The notes under the pieces were generated by a model. That model made no database searches, was not told the origin of the DNA, and worked only from the letters and a program-made list of their open reading frames with translations. Both the position numbers and the translations under genes were made by a program. From an uncultured Bacteroidales bacterium (GTDB lineage Bacteria > Bacteroidota > Bacteroidia > Bacteroidales > JAGOPY01): DNA of 64,000 nucleotides. The stretch lies in NCBI GenBank assembly GCA_964489545.1, contig CAZAZE010000009.1, positions 3,035 to 67,034 on the forward strand, read 5' to 3'. This document shows, piece by piece, positions 46,031 to 55,200 of this stretch; position 1 is the stretch's first letter; each line of letters starts with the position of its first letter.

Positions 46031-47035
46031 ATGTCTGTCCCCAATTTCGTCGATTATGTCAAGATCCACTGCCGCAGCGGCAAGGGCGGTGCGGGCTCGG
46101 CGCACCTGCACCGGGCGAAGTACATCCCAAAGGGCGGCCCCGATGGGGGCGACGGGGGGCGCGGCGGCCACATCATCCTGAAAGGAAACCGACAACTCTG
46201 GACCCTGCTCCATCTGAAATACACCAAACACATCAAGGCCGGTAACGGCGAGCCAGGAGGGCCGTCGCTCAGCACCGGCGCCAGCGGGGACGACAAGATC
46301 ATCGAGGTGCCCCTGGGCACCGTGGCCCGGTTGGATGAAACCGGGGAAACGCTGTTTGAGATCACCGAACACGACGAAACCCGAATCCTGCTGCCCGGCG
46401 GCAGGGGCGGCCTCGGCAACGACCATTTCAAATCGGCCACCAACCAGACCCCGCGCTTTGCCCAGCCCGGCGAACCGGCACAGGAAGCCTGGATCATCCT
46501 GGAACTGAAACTGCTGGCCGACGTCGGACTGGTGGGCTTTCCCAACGCCGGGAAATCCACCCTGCTGTCCGTCGTCAGTGCCGCCAAACCCGAAATCGCC
46601 GATTATCCGTTCACGACGCTTACACCAAACCTTGGAATTGTTTCTTATCGCGACGGGACCTCGTTTATCATGGCCGATATCCCCGGGATCATAGAAGGCG
46701 CACACGAAGGCCGCGGCCTGGGACTTCGCTTCCTGCGTCATATCGAACGAAATTCACTGCTGTTGTTCATGATCCCGGTCGATGCGGACGATATCAGGAA
46801 AGAATTTGAGATCCTGCTCAATGAATTGAAGCAGTATAACCCCGAACTCCTTGACAAGCCCCGCCTGCTGGCCCTGACCAAAACCGATATGATCGACGAA
46901 CAGATGAAGGAGGAAATGCGCCGCGAACTGCCGCCCGTGCCTTACGTGTTTATTTCGTCAATAACCGGCGACGGCATCATGAAACTGAAGGACATGATCT
47001 GGAAAGAACTGAACCGCAGCCATTCATTCGACTGA
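46031..47035 (+). CDS. obg: GTPase Obg
   Basis: [53 protein letters not shown]. Confidence 0.92.
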   Translation: MSVPNFVDYVKIHCRSGKGGAGSAHLHRAKYIPKGGPDGGDGGRGGHIILKGNRQLWTLLHLKYTKHIKAGNGEPGGPSLSTGASGDDKIIEVPLGTVARLDETGETLFEITEHDETRILLPGGRGGLGNDHFKSATNQTPRFAQPGEPAQEAWIILELKLLADVGLVGFPNAGKSTLLSVVSAAKPEIADYPFTTLTPNLGIVSYRDGTSFIMADIPGIIEGAHEGRGLGLRFLRHIERNSLLLFMIPVDADDIRKEFEILLNELKQYNPELLDKPRLLALTKTDMIDEQMKEEMRRELPPVPYVFISSITGDGIMKLKDMIWKELNRSHSFD

Positions 47036-47037
47036 TC

Positions 47038-47616
47038 ATGCTCGAAACCCTGAATAATATTGATACCAGCGTCTTCCTCGCTGTCAATGGCGCCCACAAC
47101 GCGTTTTTCGACACGGTCATGTTCTGGGTTTCCGACAAATGGATCTGGATCCCGTTGTATGTGTTCCTGGCCTACCTGGTCATCAGGCATTACGGGCGTA
47201 AAAGCTGGATTTTCCTGGCCATGGCCGGCCTCGTTGTCGTATTCACCGACCAGACTTCGGTGAACCTGTTTAAATTCGTTTTTCTCCGCCCCAGGCCCTG
47301 CCACGAGCCGGAACTGGCCGGCCTCGTCCACCTGGTCAATGGAAAATGCGGCGGTCCGTATGGTTTTATTTCCTCGCACGCGGCGAATTCCTTCGGGATC
47401 GCAGCCTACCTGGCGCTGGTTCTGGGAAAGAAGATCCGGTTTTTCACCCCGGCCATCCTGCTCTGGGCCGCCTTGCTATCCTACAGCCGGGTTTACCTGG
47501 GCGTGCACTACCCCGGCGACATCCTCGCCGGCGCCCTCTGGGGTTCCGCCCTCGGCGCCGCCGTTTTCATCCTCACAATAAAAATACCCCCCCCAACATC
47601 AATCACTAAACCTTAA
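47038..47616 (+). CDS. PAP2-family lipid phosphatase
   Basis: FISSHAANSF and YSRVYLGVHYPGDILAG motifs. Confidence 0.8.
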   Translation: MLETLNNIDTSVFLAVNGAHNAFFDTVMFWVSDKWIWIPLYVFLAYLVIRHYGRKSWIFLAMAGLVVVFTDQTSVNLFKFVFLRPRPCHEPELAGLVHLVNGKCGGPYGFISSHAANSFGIAAYLALVLGKKIRFFTPAILLWAALLSYSRVYLGVHYPGDILAGALWGSALGAAVFILTIKIPPPTSITKP

Positions 47617-47696
47617 TAATTAAGCATTAATAATTAAGCACTAATAATTAAACATTAAACATTAAACATTAAACATTAAACATTAAACACTAAACA
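47617..47696. repeat. AT-rich tandem arrays (TAATAATTAAGCAY x ~2.5, then TTAAACA heptamer x ~7) filling a convergent spacer
   Basis: Runs from the TAA of the PAP2 gene (47614-47616) to the TAA of the minus-strand gene (47697-47699). Confidence 0.85.
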
Positions 47697-48158
47697 TTAG
47701 TACCCATACGCCCTTCCTTCCATCCTGTCAATCTTTACCCGCATCACCATCACATCCCGCACCGCCGGTCCGCTGTAATCAAACTCCCGCGGCGAGTATT
47801 GTTTCATGACTACATTCAGGCACCGGATCTTCTCCTCCGGCGATTCGATGAATTCCGCCCGGCCGTAAACATTCACGCTCCGGTACCGCATGCCCCAGCT
47901 GCAGGCCACCTCTTCGTTGACATACCGGAGTTCATGGTCCGTGCTGAAGTTGATGCAGACTTCCGCATTCTTCAGCAGCGCGTCGACTTTTTTCCCCTTC
48001 TGCGCGCCGTGGAAATAAACATATTCCCCGTCGTAGCCGAAATTCATCGGGAGCACATAGGGCTTTCCCTCTGCATCGATCATCCCGACGGAACAAAACT
48101 GGCACCGGGCGATGATGCCATCTAATTCGGGCTTAAAGGTTAAGGCGCGGCTTTTCAT
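47697..48158 (-). CDS. Pyridoxamine 5'-phosphate oxidase-like flavin-binding protein
   Basis: CSVGMIDAEGKPYVLPMNFGYDGEYVYFHGAQKGKK is a split-barrel-type sequence. ATG at 48158. Confidence 0.65.
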   Translation of the reverse strand: MKSRALTFKPELDGIIARCQFCSVGMIDAEGKPYVLPMNFGYDGEYVYFHGAQKGKKVDALLKNAEVCINFSTDHELRYVNEEVACSWGMRYRSVNVYGRAEFIESPEEKIRCLNVVMKQYSPREFDYSGPAVRDVMVMRVKIDRMEGRAYGY

Positions 48159-48514
48159 GGCTCTTCCCTTCTGACAATGGTGGTGGAACTGGTGCCGAAC
48201 AAAGAGGCGATGATGCTCAGGATCACGCTGAACAGCAGGGCCCACCAGAAGCCGTCGACGGTAAATCCGGGCACGATCCTGCCGATCAGCACAATGATGA
48301 ACGCGTTGATCACAAGCAGGAACAGCCCAAGAGTGATCACCGTAACGGGGATCGTCAGGAAGATCAGGATGGGCCGGATAAAGGTGTTGATGATGGCCAG
48401 GGCGATCGCCACCATCAGTGCGGTGACGAACTTGTCGATGTGCACGCCGGGCAGCAGCCAGGCCGTCAGCAGCACCGCGCCGGTATAGATCAGCAAACGA
48501 AGGATAACTTTCAT
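48155..48514 (-). CDS. DUF360 / phage-holin-4_2-family membrane protein
   Basis: Four hydrophobic spans and a typical family sequence (LLTAWLLPGVHIDKFVTALMVAIALAIINTFIRPIL). ATGA overlap with the downstream gene. Confidence 0.7.
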   Translation of the reverse strand: MKVILRLLIYTGAVLLTAWLLPGVHIDKFVTALMVAIALAIINTFIRPILIFLTIPVTVITLGLFLLVINAFIIVLIGRIVPGFTVDGFWWALLFSVILSIIASLFGTSSTTIVRREEP

Positions 48515-48585
48515 CGAATTAGATTAAGTATTACAAATATAGTTCTTTTAAAGCCGGGATGAAAAGAGGATGGCTCAAATGTATA

Positions 48586-48689
48586 TAACCACAGAGAAAT
48601 CAGAGTATTCACAGAGGGAGCAGAGAGTTGAGTGTCTTTTAAATAACCCTCTGTTAACTCTGCGTATCCTCTAATACCTCCGTGGTTAA
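48586..48689. repeat. TAACCAC...GTGGTTA composite hairpin element (CAGAG-type sub-repeats)
   Basis: taaccacagagaaatcagagtattcacagagggagcagagag ... ccctctgttaactctgcgtatcctctaatacctccgtggttaa. Confidence 0.65.
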
Positions 48690-48744
48690 CAGAAAATGGG
48701 CTATTGAGAAAACCGTCCCGCGCCTCCGCGGTGAAAAGAAGTGC

Positions 48745-51582
48745 TTAATAAATCCCCTCCAGGTTCAACCGGTAGAGGAATTCAAAAACGACATCATTTT
48801 CCCCGGGAAGGTACACTGTGCGCAATCCCGCCTCCAGCGGGGCGAACAGCCGGAATAAGTGAAAGTCAAAACTTACGTCCAGCCCGATGGAGTTATAATG
48901 TTGAAAGGGTGAAGCATCGAAAGAAGTCAGGTGGTCGAAGAAGAGCCCCGCCTTGATGCGTTTCAGGTAGAAGACCGGTCCTGCGTTCCAGTCGGGATAG
49001 AACAAGGGCAGCACATATCCGGCCGAAAAACTGACAGCCCGGTCGGCAGAGATGCCGCCGTAGCCCCTGGGCGCGTTGATCAGCCCGCCATAGCGGTAAT
49101 AAGCGCTGAAGCGGTCCTGGTACCCTGCATATAGCCGCAAACCGTGGTGACGGGCCAGGCCGGGCAGGTAAAAGAGGGCCTCGGCGGCGAAGATGGAGCT
49201 GATGGAGTCTCCTTCCCCGGGAGTGAACCGGTAATTGAACTCGAGTACCTGTCCCCATCGGGGCTGCAGGTCGCGTTGCGCCATGCGCGACTGGGCGTAT
49301 CCAAAGATGCGGTTCTCTGAGGAATGGATGCGGTCTTTCCTGAATTCCAGCTCTTCGCCTTCCGCCATCTTCAGGCGCTTGTAAGCATAACCCGCATAGG
49401 GCTGAAACCCCATAAACCAGCTGCGGACGTTCCAGTTCAGCGGGATGCGGACGCCGCCGCCCACATTGAATTCATGATACCGGAACTCATCCACCTGGCC
49501 GTGCCCCAGGTCTTTGGTCCCGCGGCGCAGGCTGTAGTCCGTGAAAAGATTGAATGCCGGGTATAATCCTTCGTAGCTGTAATCCAGGTAATACCTTCCG
49601 GTTTCCTCATAGAGGTCATATTCATACCCGAGCGTCATGTAGCTGGTCCCCAGGAGGTTTTGCGACAAAAGCGTCACGCCGGGGTTGGCGTCCATATTGT
49701 CCAGGTCGACCGCCAGCGGCGCCCAGCTGTGGAGATTGAACAGTGTACCGGCTTTCCGGTAAGGTTTGATCGCATAGGCCGAATCGGGGACCGCTTCGGC
49801 ATCGAAGATGAAGTTTTCCTGGCCGGCCAGCTTTTCTGCCAGCGGGAAAACGGGCTCTGTCAGGGGATCCGCCGGGATCCATTGCGAGCGGATCAGCGGC
49901 GTGCGCACGATCCGGTACCCCGATGCGGTGTAGTCGGAATAATAAAGCAGGTCTTGTGCCGGATCGGGTGCGGCATCGGTGGCGCCGAAGCGGGCTTCGG
50001 TCACCTGGTACAGTTTCCGGCTGTCGCGATGGAGTGCGAAGATGTTGTCGGTCCCGGTGTAGGCGCCGGTAAAGAGGATGAATTCTCCGTAGAATGCGGG
50101 TTTTGAGATTTCCGTATTTGAAAAAGGCAGAAGATGATGGAATTCCCCGGTCTCCGCATCGGCCAGGGCGAGTGTTTTTCCCTCATCCCGCGTCATGATG
50201 AGCGCAATCGTCCGCCCGTCGTCCGCCCAGGCGGGATAGCTCAGGAAGTACTGCTCCGGGGCCGGGTGCCGGTGGATGACCCTGGCCGAATCCACATTGA
50301 TAATGACCAGGAATGACTCACCGGTTATCCTGACTTCGATGGCGGCGATCCTGCTGCCATCCCGGCTGATATCGGGGGAGAAGTATCTGCTTTTTCCGGT
50401 GATCCGCCGGATCTGGCCGGTTTCAGTGTCGAGCATTTTGATCACGGTATGATTGCGCAGGTCCCAGCGCGGATCGGGCGCCAGCTCGGCCCAGCACACC
50501 CATCTGCCCCTTCCGCCCAGGCCTTCGTCGATCATGCTGCCGGGCGTGGTCACGATCTGCTCATTCCCCGCGCTGTCGATCGATACGATCCTGGCGATGT
50601 CCCCGATCGAAGTGCGGCGGGCGATGACGGCGCCGGCGCCTGCGACAACGGCCTGGGTGCGGCTGGTATAGAGCTTGTCGGTTTTTTGCAACAGCGGGGT
50701 CAGCAAAGTAAGATCTTTTGAGGCGTCATCGGCCTTCCACTCAGCCATCATATCCTGGGTGATATCGCGGTACAGCCTGGCTTTGCCGAAGCCGGTTTCC
50801 CTGTAAAGCGTATTGCTGAACGGCACCATCATCAGCGGAACGTTTCCTGTTTTGCGCAGTGCCCGCTCCCAGGTTTTACTCCCGAATTCCGTGCGGGTGC
50901 GCCCGACGAGCTGGTACCCGAGTTCGTAGCGGTTGGGAGTGAAGTCTTTGAAGGATTCGTTGACGGCTTTGTCATACGAGTAAATGCCCTTTTCGAGGAA
51001 CTGGGCGCGGAGCCTCATTTCAAAGGAAGGCAGCCGGCCCCGGCCGGTCTGGCTGTTGGCCGTTTCGATGGCGACGGCGTCGCCTTCGATGAACCAGAGC
51101 GGGACGAACAGGCCGATGACGGCTGGCACGGCCTGCTGGCCAAAGAGCACCGAAAACGCCCTGGTCATGCCCCGGTTGATGGCCGTGTATTGCGCCACAT
51201 GCCGGAATTCATGGATGATCAGCCCGTCGGTCCACGACTGGGCATGATTGTCCTGGGGTGGGGTGGTCAGGATCTCCACCCTTTTGGGCGCGTACGGGAC
51301 AAAGGCATTGGAGATGAGCGTCCGGTTGTGCAGGATCACCGGCCATTTCCGGGTTTGCACGCCCAGCGACGCCGATCCTGCCTCCCGGAAGTACTCCAGC
51401 GCATTGGCCATGTAAACCGCCTGGCTGTCCAGCTCCCTGGGATATATGATCTTAAAATGCTCCGTTTTAATCTTGTCCCATCTGACCGATGCCGGGTCCG
51501 TGCCGATGGTAAAGTACTGCCCGAAGAGGGCGATGGGCAGGGTGAATATTCCGATGAGCGCCGTGCGCAGGAAACCGGGCAT
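48745..51582 (-). CDS. 945-aa exported protein with an N-terminal HExxH motif, a TolB-like propeller-like middle and a beta-rich C-terminus
   Basis: Signal peptide MPGFLRTALIGIFTLPIALFGQ; LIIHEFRHVAQ; repeated Y/F-SPD-x-S-x-DG-like strands (YFSPDISRDGSRIA). Confidence 0.65.
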   Translation of the reverse strand: MPGFLRTALIGIFTLPIALFGQYFTIGTDPASVRWDKIKTEHFKIIYPRELDSQAVYMANALEYFREAGSASLGVQTRKWPVILHNRTLISNAFVPYAPKRVEILTTPPQDNHAQSWTDGLIIHEFRHVAQYTAINRGMTRAFSVLFGQQAVPAVIGLFVPLWFIEGDAVAIETANSQTGRGRLPSFEMRLRAQFLEKGIYSYDKAVNESFKDFTPNRYELGYQLVGRTRTEFGSKTWERALRKTGNVPLMMVPFSNTLYRETGFGKARLYRDITQDMMAEWKADDASKDLTLLTPLLQKTDKLYTSRTQAVVAGAGAVIARRTSIGDIARIVSIDSAGNEQIVTTPGSMIDEGLGGRGRWVCWAELAPDPRWDLRNHTVIKMLDTETGQIRRITGKSRYFSPDISRDGSRIAAIEVRITGESFLVIINVDSARVIHRHPAPEQYFLSYPAWADDGRTIALIMTRDEGKTLALADAETGEFHHLLPFSNTEISKPAFYGEFILFTGAYTGTDNIFALHRDSRKLYQVTEARFGATDAAPDPAQDLLYYSDYTASGYRIVRTPLIRSQWIPADPLTEPVFPLAEKLAGQENFIFDAEAVPDSAYAIKPYRKAGTLFNLHSWAPLAVDLDNMDANPGVTLLSQNLLGTSYMTLGYEYDLYEETGRYYLDYSYEGLYPAFNLFTDYSLRRGTKDLGHGQVDEFRYHEFNVGGGVRIPLNWNVRSWFMGFQPYAGYAYKRLKMAEGEELEFRKDRIHSSENRIFGYAQSRMAQRDLQPRWGQVLEFNYRFTPGEGDSISSIFAAEALFYLPGLARHHGLRLYAGYQDRFSAYYRYGGLINAPRGYGGISADRAVSFSAGYVLPLFYPDWNAGPVFYLKRIKAGLFFDHLTSFDASPFQHYNSIGLDVSFDFHLFRLFAPLEAGLRTVYLPGENDVVFEFLYRLNLEGIY

Positions 51583-51620
51583 TGCGGGGAATTTTTTTTA
51601 CGAATTTAGCGAAGAATGGC

Positions 51621-51731
51621 GAATGTACTATGTAGTAATTACTATGTTCTAATTTCTAAGTAATGCATTCTCTATTTTCTTCCCCGCTTCCCTTAGAACA
51701 TAGAACATAGTAATTACTACATAGTACATTC
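51621..51731. repeat. 31-bp perfect inverted repeat with a 49-nt spacer
   Basis: gaatgtactatgtagtaattactatgttcta (51621-51651) and its exact reverse complement (51701-51731). The right arm begins 1 nt from the stop codon of the 51732..52196 gene. The left arm ends 39 nt from the start at 51582. Confidence 0.9.
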
Positions 51732-52196
51732 TCAGATTTTCTCCGGATCCTGCGTGAGATCCCGGATGCCCTTGTAAAGCTCTATAAGGAGGGTGATGAT
51801 GGTTATACCAAACAGCACCAGCAGGCCGATCTTGATCCACTTCGTCCAGGTTTCATCGAAGTTGAACGGAAAGATGACGTAGGTCATGATCAGGGAGAGC
51901 GCCCCGAAGACATTGGTGACGGCCTGGGCCAGGTGTTTGAACCAGCGGTTGTCGTAGAAGATGAACAGGGCCTGGGCGATGATGGAGGCGTAGATGGACA
52001 GTTCGATGTAGAACAGCGCTTTGTCCCAGTCTTCGTTCAGGAAATTCACCCCCCAGTCCTGCAGGTTGCGCAGCACCCAGATAAAGGCGATCATGAACAG
52101 GATGGCGGCGATATAGCCAATGCGGCGGGCGGGACCTGCAGATTTCCCGGAAGATCTTTTCCCGGAAGCAGGTTTCTTTTTGGGTTTGGATTGCAT
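51732..52196 (-). CDS. Hypothetical membrane protein with a Lys-rich N-terminus
   Basis: MQSKPKKKPASGKRSSGKS followed by four hydrophobic segments. ATG at 52196. Confidence 0.5.
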   Translation of the reverse strand: MQSKPKKKPASGKRSSGKSAGPARRIGYIAAILFMIAFIWVLRNLQDWGVNFLNEDWDKALFYIELSIYASIIAQALFIFYDNRWFKHLAQAVTNVFGALSLIMTYVIFPFNFDETWTKWIKIGLLVLFGITIITLLIELYKGIRDLTQDPEKI

Positions 52197-52273
52197 GGTT
52201 GAAATTTTTCGGAAAGTTAAAAAAAACCTGTGAGGTCCATAGGGCCTCACAGGTTTATTATGGTTGGCAAGCG

Positions 52274-55200
52274 CTATGGATTGAGCACTTCCAGCCTGGC
52301 GCCCGGCAGGACGTTGACGGTTTTTCCGGTTTCAATCCTCAATCCGAAGCAGGTCGCTGTTCCGGCGGGAACCTCAGGCAGCAGTGGCCCCGGGTGGCTG
52401 GAGGGAATGATGGCTATACAAGTTGCATCGGGCACGGCGCCACGGTCCCAGTTGCCCGCATCGAACCACGAAGCACTGCTGCCCAGTCCCGTCCAGTAAT
52501 ACAATGCCTGTACCCTGATATCATCCACAACAAGATAAAACATATTGGCGTTGCTGTAACCATGCCATCCGACATAATAATCGCCGGCCGATGTGACGGT
52601 GATGGTCCCTGTGCCCTCGGCGTAGGTTGCGTTGGTGATGTAATTGTTGTCAAAGACGGGGCCGTTGGTCATACCTGCGGCAGAAGGGGCTGAACCCCAT
52701 TTGACTTCGAGTTTTTCGGGGAAAGTAATGCCCGATCCTCTGTACCAGAAGCTTACCCAGTAGTTGCCGGGAGTCATGCTGAGCGCAGGGGTGAAAAACC
52801 AGTCATTCATGGGCAGGGTAGAATTGTACCCGACATACATACTATTGGGGCTGGATTTTGGATATGAAGCTGATGTTTTCCAGGTAACTGCGTCGCTATT
52901 GTGATCATTTACAGTCATGCAGAGCGGAATCTGTGGCGCAGTCACCCCGTCGAAGTTCTGCACATAGGGTATTGGGAATGCCCCGCAGGCGGTTGTAAAT
53001 GTCGCGGGGCCTCCCCAGTCGCTCATGCTTTCCTTGGGCAGGCATTCATGGACGATGAGGCCTCCGGGCATGCCGGGCAGCCAGTAGGTCAGCAGCGGCG
53101 ATCCGGCCGGGGGTGAAGCAGGGACCTGTTCAATGATGATGTTCTCTCCCCACAGGTCGACCGATACCCATTCGGGATTGTATTCCGGGACGATGAAATA
53201 CAGTTCAACCCATTGCGGGGTGTTTGGAGAGATATCCAGCGGGCCATTGGTGGGCGATCTCCTCACAAAGGCCTCGTTGGCGGGCAAAGGGAATCCCGTA
53301 CCCTGCCATGAACTGTCGCTCCAGTTGATCACATAGTAAAGCGTTCCCGGATTGAGCGGGTTATAAGTGTTGATCCAGAATCCCATCCTGATCTTCTTGA
53401 TGCGGGTAGTGTCGGGCGGATCGTTGTAGAACCAGATGTTCCACCACTGCCGGCCTCCCGGGGCGTTGGGGTACAGATACCAGGTTCCGTTTTCCCCCTG
53501 CTCCGGTTCATCGATCGTCCCGCCGCTGAGTGCGGGATCAAGGCCGCCCAGGGTGGGCATGGCCATCCAGAAATTGTCCACTTTAGGCGTTTCAAAACCG
53601 CAGTCGGTCCTGACGTTCCAGGAGTATTCAGTAGATGGTTCCAGGCCTGAAATGACCAATGGCGGTTCGGGAACGCCAAACAGTCGGGTGCCGTCTTCTT
53701 CAGGATCTCCGCCGACAGGCATGTAGAACACATCGAAGAAGGAATCCGGCCATGACTCCCAGTCGAGCGTGGCGGAGCTGCCGGTGATATCCGACGCCTG
53801 CAGGCTGGTGGGCGCCGGGCATGCCGGAAGTGCACACATCACTGTGCCCGTATATAATACCTCTCCAACATTTCCTGAGCCGACAGGGACCTGGTAATAT
53901 AATTGGTTGAGAAAAGCATCCAGGATTTCCAGGCCACATTCAGCTGGCCATGAACCGCCATTGCTCCAGAATACTGAGAAATCAATGCCGTCGCAAAGCA
54001 TAACGATTTCTTGATCAGTTTCACCATCAGTAAATCCTGTGCCCAGGGTAGCGACAACAGAGCCGTTTTGAAGCACCTGCATACTCGCCCCGTTCCAGCC
54101 GTCACCATATGTGTCAATGAGGTTAAAGGTATATGCGCACTGATCTTCCGGATCACACAAAGATGTGGTGAAGCTGGCTTTGGCCGACCAGTCGCTGAAC
54201 TCACGGCTGGCTCCGCAATCCGCTCTGACATACCAGTCGTAAGTAGTGACGGGATTCAGGAGGTTCAGGGTATAAGGTTTTGCTGTGACCCCGCTGATCA
54301 GCGTGCCCTCAGTGGCCGGATCGAAGCCTTCTGCTCCATAGATGATATCCCATGTAGCAGCATCTCCGATTTGGGTCCAGTTGAGATCAGCGGCGGTCGC
54401 TGTAATATTTTCAGTAATCAGATCTATAGGTGCCGGGCAGGAGGGCGGCAGAGCCAGTTCCAGATCATCGAATGAGCAAAAATCCGGATCGAATGTGGCG
54501 GTGACATGAATGCCGATATAATACTCTCCGCTTACGGCAGGTGTAAGGTAAGCCGTATATTGCTGATAGGTTGTATTGATGGGGTTGACAAGGGCCGCTC
54601 CAAATGATTCTGTCATGGCGTTTACCGATTGAAAAGCACCATATTTTGTTTCGATTGTCCAGGGTGTGGCGCCATCCATGATATACCAGAAGCTGAATGC
54701 ATAAGTCTGACCTCCGGTCAGGTTAAAGCCGCCGGTGATCAGCCAGTCATCAGCAGAGTAATAAGTATAGATATAATTCGTTCCTGAATGTGGCGAACGG
54801 TTATAGGTAGCGGATTCATTGTGCGTTGTCCAGTCGCCAATCTCCAGCATACATTCGGGTATGATCCCTGAACCGACCTCGCTGAGGGATTCAAAACCTT
54901 CAGCCCAGGGGATAGAATAAGGAGCACATAAGGTCGTGAAATTGCCAGGGCCGGCCCACGCGCTGGTTTCCCGCGCAGCTCCGCAGTCCGTGCGCACATA
55001 CCAGTCATAAGAGGTGGAAGGATTCAGGGGAGGATCTAAAGTGTACGGGTGTGCGGAGATTCCCTGGATCAGAGTTCCGGATGTATTGGGATCGAAACCG
55101 GTAGGACCGTAAATGACCTCCCAGAGGGTTTCGTTTCCCACAGGGGTCCATTCAAGGACGGCTGAGTGGCTGTTAATACCGGAGGTATTCAGTGCATAGG

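Noticed and set aside
48155-48514. Phage lysis cassette or prophage remnant, suggested by the holin-family name
   Set aside because: DUF360/holin_4_2 proteins are common chromosomal membrane proteins. No endolysin, capsid, integrase or other phage genes are nearby.
51446-51840. Two small ORFs (51446..51652 + and 51649..51840 -) sharing the peptide RMYYVVITMF
   Set aside because: The shared peptide is an artefact of translating the two arms of the 31-bp inverted repeat.
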